A DNA stretch of 64,000 nucleotides from Burkholderiales bacterium. GTDB taxonomy: Bacteria; Pseudomonadota; Gammaproteobacteria; Burkholderiales; JAHFRG01. The notes beneath the pieces are model-generated. The model saw nothing but the letters and a program-made list of their open reading frames with translations. It did not search any database and was not told the DNA's origin. Made by a program: the position numbers and the translations under genes. The stretch covers positions 682-64,681 of the forward strand of contig DASPRE010000090.1 in the NCBI GenBank assembly GCA_035624615.1, given 5' to 3'. Positions 34,525 through 45,660 of this stretch are shown in pieces (the first letter of the stretch is position 1; each line of letters opens with the position of its first letter).

Positions 34525-35454
34525 CTATACTATTGCAGTTAAAGCCTGCTTCAGGCTGTCACTGTCGGCCAACGCGGTTATTTCCAGGTTGCCTGCTATA
34601 CGTTTATTCAAGCCAGCCAAGACCTTGCCTGGGCCACATTCGGCGATATACGTTACGCCCTGTTGTATTAGAACTCGAATGGTTTTGACCCAATCCACCG
34701 GATTATAAAGCTGCCGCGCCAACGCATCCTTGATCTCGTTCGGCTGAGCGTGGGTGCTGAGATCTGCATTATGTATTACCGGAATTCGTGGTGTCTTAAG
34801 TGGTAATGATTCCAAGCGTTGCCTGAGTTGGTTTGCCGCTTCACGCATCAGCGAACAATGGGAGGGCACGCTCATTGGAAGCAGTATCGCACGCTTCGCC
34901 CCTCTGCTTTTGGCCGTCTCCATGCCCCGCAGTACGGCTGGTTTGTGCCCTGCTATCACCACTTGACCCGGAGAGTTGAAATTAGCCGGCTCCAACACTT
35001 CGCCGCGCGCTGCCTCCAGGCATATTTCACGCACCTCTTGATCCTCCAGTCCTAGAATCGCGGCAATTCCGCCCGTGCCTTCAGCTACGGCTTGTTGCAT
35101 AATTTCGGCCCGAAAATGCACCAGCGGCAAGGCATCGGCAAAGCTTATCGCCCCACTCGCTACCAAGGCAGAGTATTCCCCCAAACTGTGACCCGCCAGC
35201 AATGCTGGCTCCACACCGCCTAGGCTTTCCCAAGCACGGTACACTGAAACACCCGCGGCTAACATCAATGGCTGGGTATTAACCGTCAAATTCTGCGCCG
35301 ATTCCGGACCGTTCTCGGCAAGCGCCCAATAATCCTGATTGAGAACGCTCGATGCCTCCTCAAAAGTTCTACGCACTACGGGTAAGTCCGCATAGCCGCG
35401 CATCATTCCCACAGATTGAGAACCTTGCCCTGGAAATACAAACGCAAACTTCAT
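34525..35454 (-). CDS. fabD: Malonyl-CoA:ACP transacylase
   Basis: FPGQGSQ, TQP, GHSLGEY, SVPSHC. Confidence 0.97.
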   Translation of the reverse strand: MKFAFVFPGQGSQSVGMMRGYADLPVVRRTFEEASSVLNQDYWALAENGPESAQNLTVNTQPLMLAAGVSVYRAWESLGGVEPALLAGHSLGEYSALVASGAISFADALPLVHFRAEIMQQAVAEGTGGIAAILGLEDQEVREICLEAARGEVLEPANFNSPGQVVIAGHKPAVLRGMETAKSRGAKRAILLPMSVPSHCSLMREAANQLRQRLESLPLKTPRIPVIHNADLSTHAQPNEIKDALARQLYNPVDWVKTIRVLIQQGVTYIAECGPGKVLAGLNKRIAGNLEITALADSDSLKQALTAIV

Positions 35455-35462
35455 GCTTGGTC

Positions 35463-36422
35463 CTACCAGCGCAACAACACGGAACCCCAGGTAAATCCGC
35501 CACCAACTCCCTCCATCAAAATCAGTTCGCCCGGCTTGATGCGTCCGTCCTTAACCGCGTCATCGAGCGCCAGCGGTATCGAAGCTGCAGATGTATTAGC
35601 GTGGCGGTCCACTGTAACGACTACCCGATCCATGCCTAAACCCAGCTTTTTCGCGGTTGCCTGGATGATTCGAATATTTGCCTGATGAGGAATCAGCCAG
35701 CTGACATCGCTTTTCTTGAGATTATTAGCGGTCAAGGCTTCATCCACCATTTCACTCATGACCTTGACAGCGAATTTGAACACCGTGTTGCCTTCCATTA
35801 CCACATGCGGATTGCCGGTAACTTTACCGCGGGCGATACTGCCTGGTACCGCCAGATGCTGGTGGTAGCTGCCGTCCGCATGCAAATGCGTGGAGATTAT
35901 TCCCGGCCGGTTACTTTGCGTGACGATTACTGCTCCGGCGCCGTCACCGAACAGGACACATGTGCCGCGATCAGACCAGTCGAGGATGCGCGAATACACC
36001 TCTGCGCCCACAACCAAGCAACAGCGGGATTTCTCCAGGCGGACAAACAAATCTGCTGTCGCCAGCGCGTACACAAAACCACTGCACACGGCCTGCACAT
36101 CGAATGCCGGGCAGTCTTTAATTCCTAGCTTGGCCTGCAGGATACACGCGGTACTGGGAAAAATCATGTCCGGAGTACTGGTAGCGACAATTATCAAATC
36201 GATGTCACTGGGCAAAATCTGTGCTGCTTGCATGGCTTTCTTGCTGGCTTGAAACGCAAGGTCGCTGGCTCTTTCATCATCAGCAGCGATGTGCCTTTGG
36301 CGGATACCGGTACGGGTGAAAATCCACTCATCCGAGGTATCCACAATGGCCTCAAGATCGTGATTGGTGAGTATCTTTTCCGGCAGGTAACTGCCGCAGC
36401 CTACAATTCGCGAGTACATCAA
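35463..36422 (-). CDS. fabH: 3-oxoacyl-ACP synthase III
   Basis: AVCSGF, FGDGAGA, PHQAN, NTSAAS, GGGFTWG. Confidence 0.97.
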   Translation of the reverse strand: MMYSRIVGCGSYLPEKILTNHDLEAIVDTSDEWIFTRTGIRQRHIAADDERASDLAFQASKKAMQAAQILPSDIDLIIVATSTPDMIFPSTACILQAKLGIKDCPAFDVQAVCSGFVYALATADLFVRLEKSRCCLVVGAEVYSRILDWSDRGTCVLFGDGAGAVIVTQSNRPGIISTHLHADGSYHQHLAVPGSIARGKVTGNPHVVMEGNTVFKFAVKVMSEMVDEALTANNLKKSDVSWLIPHQANIRIIQATAKKLGLGMDRVVVTVDRHANTSAASIPLALDDAVKDGRIKPGELILMEGVGGGFTWGSVLLRW

Positions 36423-37435
36423 GGGAGACCTTGATGAATCAGCGCCAGGCGCTCGCTAATGTGCCGCAGTACGCCGTTACGAACCTCTTCCGCAGCGCGT
36501 TCGATAGCGAATTCAAATGCAAAACTGTCGGCAGAACCATGACTTTTTACTACAATACCTCGCAATCCCAGCAGGCTGGCTCCATTGTAGCGGCGATGAT
36601 CAACTCGGCGTTTGAAGGCATTAATCACCGGTAGCGTGATCAATCCAGTCAGACTGGTGAATATATTGCGCTTGAATTCGCGTCGCAGGAACGTGGCCAG
36701 CATCTGCACCAGCCCTTCGGATGTTTTGATGGCGACGTTGCCGACGAAGCCGTCGCAAACCACGACGTCAGTCGTGCCTTTATAAATGTCGTCGCCCTCT
36801 ATGTTGCCGTAAAAATTGAGGCCGCTGTTGCGCAACAATTCTGCCGCCTGCTTCACTACCTCGCTGCCTTTGATATCTTCTTCGCCGATGTTGAGCAACC
36901 CTACGCTGGGTTTTGCGATATGTTCAACCGAGGCCATCAGTGTCGATCCCATTATGCCGAATTGCAGCAGTTGCTGCGGACTGCATTCGACATTTGCACC
37001 CAGATCAAGCATACAGGTACGACCCTGAAGCGTAGGAAGAATCGAAGCGATTGCCGGGCGTTCGATACCTGGCAGTGTTTTGAGTACGAATCGGGAGATT
37101 GCCATCAACGCACCGGTGTTTCCGGCGCTGACGCAGGCCTGAGCTTCGCCACACTTTACCAGATTCACCGCCACCCTTATTGAAGAATCTTTTTTGCCGC
37201 GCAGCGCGAGTGCCGGCGGTTCATCCATGGTTACTATTTCACTGGCGTGATGGATGCGCAGTCGCGGGCTGAGCTCAGCGTGGGCCGAACGTAGTTCAGG
37301 CTCAATTAGCTCGTGCAGGCCCACCAAGATAATGTGGGCATCAGGATATCGTCGCTGGAATCTTACTGCGGCGGGTACGGTGACGTGCGGGCCATGGTCG
37401 CCACCCATGCAGTCAATGGCTACCGTGATATCCAT
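36419..37435 (-). CDS. plsX: Phosphate acyltransferase PlsX
   Basis: [33 protein letters not shown]. Confidence 0.97.
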   Translation of the reverse strand: MDITVAIDCMGGDHGPHVTVPAAVRFQRRYPDAHIILVGLHELIEPELRSAHAELSPRLRIHHASEIVTMDEPPALALRGKKDSSIRVAVNLVKCGEAQACVSAGNTGALMAISRFVLKTLPGIERPAIASILPTLQGRTCMLDLGANVECSPQQLLQFGIMGSTLMASVEHIAKPSVGLLNIGEEDIKGSEVVKQAAELLRNSGLNFYGNIEGDDIYKGTTDVVVCDGFVGNVAIKTSEGLVQMLATFLRREFKRNIFTSLTGLITLPVINAFKRRVDHRRYNGASLLGLRGIVVKSHGSADSFAFEFAIERAAEEVRNGVLRHISERLALIHQGLP

Positions 37436-37474
37436 TACCGGTGCTGGCGGGGGTGCGCCAAGGAAAGAAGACGG

Positions 37475-37654
37475 CTATTCGCCCTTGCCGGGTATTACTT
37501 TTTTTCCGCGGTAATAGCCATTGGGGCTGATATGATGGCGCAAATGCACTTCGCCCGTGGTTGGCTCAACCGCAAGCGGCGGGTTTGCCAAAAAATCATG
37601 AGCGCGATGCATGCCGCGTTTAGACGGAGACTTTTTGTTCTGCTGAACTGCCAT
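37475..37654 (-). CDS. rpmF: 50S ribosomal protein L32 (Cys-free form; below the ORF-track cutoff)
   Basis: Hand translation [59 protein letters not shown]. Confidence 0.98.
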   Translation of the reverse strand: MAVQQNKKSPSKRGMHRAHDFLANPPLAVEPTTGEVHLRHHISPNGYYRGKKVIPGKGE

Positions 37655-37670
37655 AATGTACTCCTCTCGA

Positions 37671-38171
37671 TTATCCTGTGGATCTTTTCAGCGCTGCGAG
37701 AGGTGCAAAAACCGATTGGGCGGTTCCACCGCCGGCATAGCTGATCACACTGCATGCTCCCGACTCGTGCCTGGGCGAAATCGGCAGTCTCAATATGATT
37801 TCTTCCTCAAGTAATGCAAAAACATCCATTTCCGTTTCGGCAGGAATACAATCTATCCCGTCGTTTTCTTCAGTAATCTCGGGGAATGCTTTTTCATTGT
37901 CGATCAGCAACAGACTCGAAACCAAGTCCAAATCATGCTCCAATCCTTCGAGGCAGCGTTGGCATTTCAGGTAAAGTTTGCCTGTGATTGCAAGGTGAAG
38001 CAGTGATTTTCCATCCGGATCTACCGTCCCGCTTAACTCATACTCGATTTCACCGTCGGTGGAGTACAAGTAGTCGTTTAACCGCTGCAGTTCCCCATTT
38101 TTTATTTTACCACGTAAAACTCCGGCACCTCGTGAAAATTCAAGGCTATTAATCACAAGCTGTTCAGGCAT
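37671..38171 (-). CDS. yceD: DUF177/YceD protein
   Basis: [17 protein letters not shown]-terminal FAPLAALK; conserved position upstream of rpmF. Confidence 0.92.
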   Translation of the reverse strand: MPEQLVINSLEFSRGAGVLRGKIKNGELQRLNDYLYSTDGEIEYELSGTVDPDGKSLLHLAITGKLYLKCQRCLEGLEHDLDLVSSLLLIDNEKAFPEITEENDGIDCIPAETEMDVFALLEEEIILRLPISPRHESGACSVISYAGGGTAQSVFAPLAALKRSTG

Positions 38172-38202
38172 AAGGGGCGCATGATATTATTTTTGTAATC
38201 TT

Positions 38203-38811
38203 GTGTCAAAAATATACGAGAGTAATTTGAGCATTCCGCAGCTGGTTCTGGCATCCACTTCCACGTACCGCCGCGAGTTGCTTGAGCGCCTGCACATCCC
38301 CTTTTCTGTCGTGGCGCCGAATGTGGATGAATCGCCTCTGCAAGGCGAATTGCCCGAGCAAACCGCTGTGCGCCTTGCGCAGGCCAAAGCTGCCAAAGCA
38401 GCTGGTCAGTGGGCGGATGCGCTTGTTATCGGCTGTGACCAGGTTGCTGCTCTGGATGGCGCCCAGCTTGGCAAACCTCGGACGCATGAAAATGCTTTTA
38501 GACAGCTGAAATTGATGCGCGGCAAGACCGCAGAGTTCTACACCGCTGTCTGCCTGCTCAACACAGGAACTGGCCACGCCCAAATCAAAGTTATTCCATA
38601 CCAAGTGCGTTTCCGAAATTTCAGCGATGAGCAGATTGCCAATTATTTGCGTAAAGAAGCGCCTTATGACTGTGCGGGAGGAGCCAAAATAGAGGGTTTG
38701 GGCGTCGCGCTAATCGAAGCCATGTATGGCGAGGACCCTTGGGCACTGATTGGACTGCCCCTCATCGCATTGGTCGAAATGTTGAAAAACGAAGGGGTGG
38801 AGGTAGTATAA
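38203..38811 (+). CDS. maf: Maf-family nucleotide pyrophosphatase (YceF-like)
   Basis: LVLASTSTYRRELL, VDE, IGCDQV, LGKP, CAGG, IGLPL. Confidence 0.93.
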   Translation: MSKIYESNLSIPQLVLASTSTYRRELLERLHIPFSVVAPNVDESPLQGELPEQTAVRLAQAKAAKAAGQWADALVIGCDQVAALDGAQLGKPRTHENAFRQLKLMRGKTAEFYTAVCLLNTGTGHAQIKVIPYQVRFRNFSDEQIANYLRKEAPYDCAGGAKIEGLGVALIEAMYGEDPWALIGLPLIALVEMLKNEGVEVV

Positions 38812-39519
38812 ATGCCCGGTATTCTGTATCTCATCCCTGCTCCTCTCGGCCAAAGCGACCTTTCCCAGGTTGTGCCGCAGGGCGTTCAACGCATTATCGA
38901 GTCCCTTGATTTTTTCGTCGTGGAAAACGCGAAAACCGCAAGACGGTATCTCGCCAAAATCTGCATTCGCCAGCCGTTGCAAAAGATCAAATTCGATATT
39001 CTCGACGAGCATACGCGACCCGAGGAGCTAATAGCATTAATCAATCCGTTGCTATCCGGGAAAAATATGGGCTTGATGTCCGATGCCGGCTGCCCCGCAG
39101 TGGCCGATCCCGGCGCCGATTTGATAAAGCTGGCCCACGCAAACCGCATTCGGGTAGTTCCTTTGGTCGGCCCTTCATCCATCCTGCTAGCGCTCATGGC
39201 CTCAGGGCTTAACGGGCAGCGGTTTGCTTTTCACGGCTATCTGCCAGTTAACATCGAAGAAAGAATGAAAAAACTTGTGGAACTTGAAAAGGCGTCGAAA
39301 GCATTTGATCAAACCGAAATTTTTATCGAAGCGCCTTACCGAAATGGCAAGCTATTGCGAAACCTACTCGATTGCTGCAGGAAAACCACTTTGTTGTGCC
39401 TCGCCACTGATATTTCGCTTGCCAGCGAGAGCATTTCGACCAAACGTATCGGTGAGTGGGAACGCTTGCCGCCGGAGATCAACCGCCGGCCCACGGTGTT
39501 CCTGCTTAATGCAGCTTAA
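38812..39519 (+). CDS. Tetrapyrrole-methylase family SAM-dependent methyltransferase (RsmI-like)
   Basis: LYLIPAPLG, SDAGCPAVADPG, VGPSSILLALMASG, FIEAPYRN. Confidence 0.9.
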   Translation: MPGILYLIPAPLGQSDLSQVVPQGVQRIIESLDFFVVENAKTARRYLAKICIRQPLQKIKFDILDEHTRPEELIALINPLLSGKNMGLMSDAGCPAVADPGADLIKLAHANRIRVVPLVGPSSILLALMASGLNGQRFAFHGYLPVNIEERMKKLVELEKASKAFDQTEIFIEAPYRNGKLLRNLLDCCRKTTLLCLATDISLASESISTKRIGEWERLPPEINRRPTVFLLNAA

Positions 39520-40463
39520 CGCAGACCCCAACGTGCGCTGCCAAGCAGCGCTTTGGCCATCGCCCCGCCGAAGTGCCGCGCAAAGCGCTCGACCACACTT
39601 TCATGGGGGGTATAATCCACCACGTCTTCGGCCTTAATCACTTCCCGGGCAACATAATCCACGTTGCCAAAGCCGTCGGCCAAGCCAAGTTCAATACTTT
39701 TCTGCCCCGTCCAGACAAGCCCGCTAAACAGATCTGGAGTCTCTTTTAGGCGTTTGCCCCTTCCCTGCCGCACCACTTGTATGAACTGCTGATGAATTTC
39801 GTTAAGCATTTTTTGCGCATAAGCTTTCTGCGTCGGATTCAACGGCGAGAACGGGTCGAGGAAACCCTTGTTTTCGCCTGCCGCGAGGAGACGCCGTTCG
39901 ATTCCCAGTTTATCCATCGCTCCAGTAAAACCAAAGCCATCTATCAGCACGCCAATCGAGCCGATGATGCTTGCCTTGTTAACAAATATTTTGTCGGCAG
40001 CTACCGCCACGTAATAGCCCCCGGAGGCACAGATGTCGTCCACTACTACATATAGGGGGATGTCCGGATATTTCGCTCGCAGTCTGCGCATCTCGTCGTT
40101 GATATTACCCGCCTGCACCGGGCTGCCGCCAGGGCTGTTGATGCGCAGAATAACTCCTTGCGTATTCTTGTCCTTAAATGCTTGCTGTAAGCCGGATGTA
40201 ATGTTGTCGGCGCTGCTATCGGTGTCGGGCGCTATGATGCCCTCAAGATCAACGAGCGCAGTGTGTTTGCCCGCCAGCGGCACTTCCTTTTTTCCTATCC
40301 AGCCAATTGTGAGAAAAAACAAACCGAATAACCAGATAAACAACAGCAGCTTGAAAAAAATACTCCAATGACGCGCCCTGCGCTGTTCCTCCAGTGTCGA
40401 AAACGCGAGCTTTTCTATAACCTGACGTTCCCAGTTGCTATCCGGGAGGTTGTTTTCTGGCAT
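39516..40463 (-). CDS. S49 family peptidase (SppA-like)
   Basis: RINSPGGS, CASGGYY, GSIGV, FSGLVWTG. Confidence 0.93.
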   Translation of the reverse strand: MPENNLPDSNWERQVIEKLAFSTLEEQRRARHWSIFFKLLLFIWLFGLFFLTIGWIGKKEVPLAGKHTALVDLEGIIAPDTDSSADNITSGLQQAFKDKNTQGVILRINSPGGSPVQAGNINDEMRRLRAKYPDIPLYVVVDDICASGGYYVAVAADKIFVNKASIIGSIGVLIDGFGFTGAMDKLGIERRLLAAGENKGFLDPFSPLNPTQKAYAQKMLNEIHQQFIQVVRQGRGKRLKETPDLFSGLVWTGQKSIELGLADGFGNVDYVAREVIKAEDVVDYTPHESVVERFARHFGGAMAKALLGSARWGLR

Positions 40464-40466
40464 GCC

Positions 40467-40814
40467 TCAACCCTTTGATGATCTGTAAATCCACCAGTCC
40501 TTCTCGTGCACAATTTGCTGGGCCGTTATTCCGGCCTGAAGCTGCCGATTCCGTAATTCAATTTTTAGTATAACCCGGAAATGTCCCGTATTTCACCTCT
40601 GTTTTAGTCCAGTTGCCGGCTCACATACCAGGGAACCCTGCTCGTAAATGCGCCGGCATTTCCGTTAATCCCACTTCGCTCATCTAGGTCACGGATCTGC
40701 ACCGGCCGCTGACAAATCGATGTTCGCGCGCGCAGCCTGCACCGGAGCCACAAAACGATTTGACCAGTCAGTTTGCGTCCTGCTCCAATCGAGTCCCAAA
40801 AACTCAAAACGCAT
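40467..40814 (-). pseudogene. Eroded remnants of the HAD-IA hydrolase and Rieske (2Fe-2S) genes normally found between rluC and the S49 peptidase
   Basis: From ATG 40814: MRFEFLGLDWSRTQTDWSNRFVAPVQAARANIDL*, which aligns with the HAD start RFDLIVFDWDGTLMDS...IVxSIQAA. Downstream fragments GSLVCEPATGL and IVHEKDWWIY weakly resemble the Rieske C-terminus. Confidence 0.55.
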
Positions 40815-40836
40815 TGCTACAAGAGTATTGCGATTG

Positions 40837-41793
40837 CTATTCTGGCCTTTCAAATCTTCCTTCCACTTTACTGATGAACTGTTGCAAATCGATCGGCAGT
40901 GGAGCTTCCAACCGCAAAACTTTGCCGCTTGTCGGATGTTTGACCACCAACTTGATGGCATGCAGGAACATGCGCTTGAGGCCGCGCACTTCCAAAGCGC
41001 GATTCAATGCAAAATCGCCATACTTTGGGTCGCCTAAAACGGGAAATCCAAGATGCGCGAGATGCGTACGAATCTGATGGGTACGTCCCGTTTTAAGCTC
41101 CGCTTCGAGCAAGCTGAACTCCGGCCAGTTTTTGCACAGAAAAAAGAGAGTGTGGGCAGGTTGGCCGCCTGTTTTCACGGTAACTCTACGCTCACCGGCC
41201 GCTGTCACATATTTATGCAAGGGCAGTTCGACGCTCTGCTTTTGATTAATCCACCGACCCTTAACCATCGCGAGATAGCGTTTTTCAACCTCTCCTTCAC
41301 GCAGTTTTTGGTGGAGTGCAGTAAGCGCACCCCTCTTTTTCGCGAGTAGCAGCACGCCAGAGGTTTCACGGTCCAATCGATGTACCAACTCCAAAAAATT
41401 AGGCTTTGGTTCGCGCATGCGCAGGAGTTCAACGATACCGCTGCTGACCCCGCTTCCGCCGTGCACCGCCACACCACTGGGTTTGTTGATGGCGAGCAGC
41501 ACATCATCTTCGAACAAAACGTCCAGTATCAGGCTCGATCGCGAATGCTTAGGGTTAGGGGGGCGTTTAGCGGTGCGAACCGGAGGAATGCGCAGGTTGT
41601 CGCCGCGCTTTAAACGGTAATTAGGCTCAACGCGCTTGCTATTAACCCGGACTTCGCCGCTGCGCAGAACCCGGTAAATGTGGCTTTTAGGAACTCCTTT
41701 TAGAACCTTCGACAAGTAATTGTCTATGCGCTGATTTACGCCGCCCTCGCCGATGCGTCTTTGGGAAACCGAAGCTTTGCTTAAATCCTTCAT
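40837..41793 (-). CDS. rluC: 23S rRNA pseudouridine synthase RluC
   Basis: N-terminal S4 domain (QRIDNYL...GEVRVN), KPSGVAVHGG, HRLDRETSG, GRTHQIR. Confidence 0.96.
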   Translation of the reverse strand: MKDLSKASVSQRRIGEGGVNQRIDNYLSKVLKGVPKSHIYRVLRSGEVRVNSKRVEPNYRLKRGDNLRIPPVRTAKRPPNPKHSRSSLILDVLFEDDVLLAINKPSGVAVHGGSGVSSGIVELLRMREPKPNFLELVHRLDRETSGVLLLAKKRGALTALHQKLREGEVEKRYLAMVKGRWINQKQSVELPLHKYVTAAGERRVTVKTGGQPAHTLFFLCKNWPEFSLLEAELKTGRTHQIRTHLAHLGFPVLGDPKYGDFALNRALEVRGLKRMFLHAIKLVVKHPTSGKVLRLEAPLPIDLQQFISKVEGRFERPE

Positions 41794-42144
41794 TTTGCTT
41801 ATACTAAAGTCTCATGGTTTTCCCGGGCTGGCGCAAAAGGCGTTTTTCGGCCCCATGTTCTAGCATTAAGTGCTTGAACATATTAGATAAACATGATAGC
41901 TGGTTATCTCCGCTCACCAGATTAAAGTAGCGAGAGCAAACGAGATACGCGCTCTAAGCAGATTTTCAAGTCCTGACCTTAAATTTAGATAAACAGGATT
42001 TTACTGACAAACCCGTTGAGTGAATGGTCCGTACGTTTCATTTGATCGATAATTATGACGTGCACATGACAAGTACTCGATACATAACGGTATTATAACC
42101 GCGTAGGGTTTGCCCTGCCCGTGCAGAGCGCGGGAGAGCATAAA

Positions 42145-44559
42145 ATGAAACGCATGTTGTTTAACGCGACGCATTCCGAGGAGTTGCGCGTCGCGATAGT
42201 CGATGGTCAAAAGCTCATTGACCTCGATATTGAATCTGCAGGCAAAGAGCAACGCAAAAGCAATATTTACAAGGGTGCCATCACCCGCATCGAACCCAGC
42301 CTAGAAGCCGCCTTTGTCGATTACGGCGGTGAAAGGCACGGCTTCCTGCCCTTCAAGGAGGTCGCCCGCTCCTACTTTCAGCCAGGAGAAAATGTCGAAC
42401 CCGCGCGTGCGCGGATTCAGGATGTGCTGCGCGAAGGACAGGAACTGATTATCCAGGTAGACAAGGATGAACGCGGCACTAAAGGCGCGGCGCTCACTAC
42501 CTTTATCAGCCTTGCCGGACGCTATCTGGTGCTGATGCCCAATAATCCGCGGGGCGGAGGAGTATCCCGACGTGTTGAAGGCGAGGAGCGAAATGAACTG
42601 CGCGACATAATGGCGCAGCTCAACGTGCCCCAGGGCATGAGCATCATAGGCCGTACCGCAGGAATTGGCAGAAGCCTCGAGGAATTGCAGTGGGATTTGA
42701 ATTACCTATTGCAATTATGGGAAGCCATAGAAAACGCCGCCAAGAAAGAAAAGGCGCCTTCTCTGATTTATCTTGAAAGCAGCCTCGTCGTGCGTGCCAT
42801 TCGCGATTACTTCCACCCCGAGATCGGGGAGATTCTGATCGATACGGAGGCCATCTTCGATCAGGCAAGGCAGTTCATGAGTCACGTGATGCCAGGCAAT
42901 GTCAACCGCATTAAGCTTTATAAAGACGATGTGCCGCTGTTCTCACGCTTTCAGATCGAACACCAGATAGAAACAGCGTTTGCCCGCCAAGTTCTCCTGC
43001 CCTCCGGCGGTGCCATCGTGATAGACCACACCGAAGCACTAGTATCGATAGATGTAAACTCGGCGCGTGCAACACGCGGAGCAGATATCGAACAAACAGC
43101 GCTGCACACCAATATCGAGGCGGCGGATGAAATTGCCCGCCAGCTTCGCCTGCGAGACTTGGGAGGTCTTATTGTAATCGATTTCATTGACATGGAAATC
43201 CAGCGCAATCAGCGTGAAGTCGAAAACCGCTTGCGTGAAGCGCTTCGCTTTGACCGCGCGCGCGTCCAGATGGGCAAAATTTCGCGTTTTGGTTTAATGG
43301 AACTCTCGCGCCAACGTCTGCAGCCGTCATTGGGTGAAACCAGCCACATGCCCTGCCCCCGTTGCCACGGTACCGGCCACATCCGCGGTACGGAATCAAC
43401 AGCGCTGCACATCCTGAGAATTCTTCAGGAGGAAGCCATGAAAGAAAATAGTGCAGCAATTTATGCCCAGGTGCCAGTCGATGTAGCGACTTTCCTTCTC
43501 AATGAAAAGCGATCTGAGATCCATACCATTGAATCGCGGTTTCGGGTCAATGTGGTGTTGATCCCGAACATTCATCTGGAAACACCACACTATGACATAT
43601 CCCGCGTGCGCCACGATGAAGCGGCACAGGCCGAATCCGGAGCAAGCTACAAAATGGTGCAAGTACCTGTTGCGGAAGCAGAACCCGCTATTGCTGGACA
43701 GGAAGCCAAGCCGCCTCGCCAACAAGCCGTGGTGCAAGGTATTACCCTTGGTCAACCTGCCCCGGTCATGCGACCAGCCAAACGCACGCTTATCACAAAA
43801 ATTCTCGGGTGGTTTAAGCCCGAGAAAAAGGAAAAAGAAGTTGAACGACCTAAAGTGCCTCAACCCATGCGCGGCCGGGGGCGTGAACGCTTCGAAAGAC
43901 GCCCAACGCAAAGAGATCGCGCGGAAAGCAAATTTGCATCGAGGGGAATCCAGCCAGAACGGCAGCGCATGCATGAGCGTGGGGAAACCCAGCCGCGACA
44001 AAAACAGCGGCAACAACGACCCGAGTCCAGGCCAGAACCTAGCGTGGCCAAAGCCGAAAGACCCGGTTCGCCCCAAGACCTGGGCGAGCATAGAGGCAGG
44101 CGCGGCAGGCGGGGGGGTAGGCGCGACCGCGGCGAGCGCAAAGAAGGGCACGCTATGCCGGTAACGCAGGTACCCAAACCGGTGGTAACCTCGCCGCCAA
44201 CATCAGTGTCCCAACCTGAATATTCGCAAACTGAGAATCCGCCCGTTCAGCAAACCGACGAAATCACCGCCGCGACTGACGTACGGCTAGCCGTTGAAAT
44301 TCCCTCGTCTGCGCCGAGTCATGGAGTACAGGAAAATGTGGCGATCAGGCAAACTTCAACACCGGCGAAAGTTCTCGCCGAGCTTTCTCGAGCGGGTGAA
44401 TCGAGTGACCTGGTGCAAATCGAAACCAGCCCTGAGAAAACTCTCATGAGGGCAGATGAGTCGCAGGACTCTGAGTCGCCACTAAGGCCGCCGCGAATTA
44501 GACCAGCCCAGATCACCGGCCAGGATGAGCAACTGGAACAGATAGAGACTCGCAAGTAG
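42145..44559 (+). CDS. rne: Ribonuclease E
   Basis: MKRMLFNATHSEELRVAIVDG, RHGFLP, IDVNSA, IDFIDM, CPRCHG; Arg-rich disordered C-terminal half. Confidence 0.98.
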   Translation: MKRMLFNATHSEELRVAIVDGQKLIDLDIESAGKEQRKSNIYKGAITRIEPSLEAAFVDYGGERHGFLPFKEVARSYFQPGENVEPARARIQDVLREGQELIIQVDKDERGTKGAALTTFISLAGRYLVLMPNNPRGGGVSRRVEGEERNELRDIMAQLNVPQGMSIIGRTAGIGRSLEELQWDLNYLLQLWEAIENAAKKEKAPSLIYLESSLVVRAIRDYFHPEIGEILIDTEAIFDQARQFMSHVMPGNVNRIKLYKDDVPLFSRFQIEHQIETAFARQVLLPSGGAIVIDHTEALVSIDVNSARATRGADIEQTALHTNIEAADEIARQLRLRDLGGLIVIDFIDMEIQRNQREVENRLREALRFDRARVQMGKISRFGLMELSRQRLQPSLGETSHMPCPRCHGTGHIRGTESTALHILRILQEEAMKENSAAIYAQVPVDVATFLLNEKRSEIHTIESRFRVNVVLIPNIHLETPHYDISRVRHDEAAQAESGASYKMVQVPVAEAEPAIAGQEAKPPRQQAVVQGITLGQPAPVMRPAKRTLITKILGWFKPEKKEKEVERPKVPQPMRGRGRERFERRPTQRDRAESKFASRGIQPERQRMHERGETQPRQKQRQQRPESRPEPSVAKAERPGSPQDLGEHRGRRGRRGGRRDRGERKEGHAMPVTQVPKPVVTSPPTSVSQPEYSQTENPPVQQTDEITAATDVRLAVEIPSSAPSHGVQENVAIRQTSTPAKVLAELSRAGESSDLVQIETSPEKTLMRADESQDSESPLRPPRIRPAQITGQDEQLEQIETRK

Positions 44560-44583
44560 GGTCACAACTGCTTTGGACGGAGC

Positions 44584-45192
44584 GTGGATATATCTTTCGT
44601 TTCGGCTACCATTCTGTTGCTGCTAGTTCTTGACCCGTTCGGCAATATCCCGGTGTTCACCGCAGCACTGGCCAATACGGAAAGCTCGCGCAGGTTCAGT
44701 ATAGTTCTGCGCGAATGCGGAATTGCATATGTGGCGCTGCTTTTCTTCATGTTCTTCGGTGTATGGTTCATGCGCCTTCTGCAACTCACCGATGCCTCAC
44801 TTGGCATTGCCGGTGGCGTAATCTTGTTCCTGATTGCATTACGCATGATATTCCGGCACCCGGAAGGAATTTTTGGAAATGGCATCGGAGGCGAACCTTT
44901 TATCGTACCGCTAGCCGTTCCATCAATCGCCGGGCCTTCCGCTCTAGCCACGGTACTGCTGCTGGTTTCAAAGCAACCTTCGCACGTTATTGAGTGGGTC
45001 GGGGCGCTCACTCTGGCAATAGTTATTTCTGCGTCGGTCCTGGTATTGGGCGAGCGCATCAGCAAGCTGGTCGGAGAGCGCGGAATAATGGCGTTTCAGC
45101 GCTTGATGGGCTTAATACTTACCGCAATCGCAATACAGATGCTCTTGCACGGCGTAGAAACATTCGTGCACCATCTACAAAAATCGCTTTGA
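44584..45192 (+). CDS. MarC family membrane protein
   Basis: LDPFGNIPVF, GIAGGVILFLIA, VPLAVPSIAGP, RLMGLILTAIA. Confidence 0.92.
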   Translation: MDISFVSATILLLLVLDPFGNIPVFTAALANTESSRRFSIVLRECGIAYVALLFFMFFGVWFMRLLQLTDASLGIAGGVILFLIALRMIFRHPEGIFGNGIGGEPFIVPLAVPSIAGPSALATVLLLVSKQPSHVIEWVGALTLAIVISASVLVLGERISKLVGERGIMAFQRLMGLILTAIAIQMLLHGVETFVHHLQKSL

Positions 45193-45660
45193 TCACACCA
45201 TCCGTTGGATGTGCTCGAGCAGGCCTGCAGCTGCGTTCTCCACCAAATCCAGTACCAATTCAAAGCCCGCGTTTCCGCCATGATAGGGATCAGATATTTC
45301 GAGGCCAGGATAATTCGCGCTGTACTGCATGAACAATCCTAGCTTATGTGCGTACCGGGGTGGGCAAAGCTTTTTCAGGACCGCCAGATTCCCTTCGTCC
45401 ATCGCTAGAACGTAATCGAATTTTTCGAAATCGTCCCGGCTTATTTGCCGGGCGCGTAAACCATTCATTTCGTAACCTCTACTCGCCGCAGCGCGACGAG
45501 CGCGATCATCGGGCTCTTGCCCGATGTTGTAGTCGTGGGTGCCCGCTGAAGCCACGGTTAGCTTATCATCCAGCCCCGCGTGCTTGGCAAAGTGTCTAAC
45601 TACCGCTTCCGCCATCGGTGAACGGCAGATATTGCCCGTGCAAATAAAAAGGACTCTCAT
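45193..45660 (-). CDS. Low-molecular-weight protein-tyrosine phosphatase
   Basis: P-loop CTGNICRS and DPY. Confidence 0.95.
   Translation of the reverse strand: MRVLFICTGNICRSPMAEAVVRHFAKHAGLDDKLTVASAGTHDYNIGQEPDDRARRAAASRGYEMNGLRARQISRDDFEKFDYVLAMDEGNLAVLKKLCPPRYAHKLGLFMQYSANYPGLEISDPYHGGNAGFELVLDLVENAAAGLLEHIQRMV

Noticed and set aside
27356-44559. fab/plsX/rne/maf block as a specialised fatty-acid supply for the biosynthetic cluster
   Set aside because: This is the standard conserved housekeeping arrangement; its proximity to the cluster is most likely coincidental.
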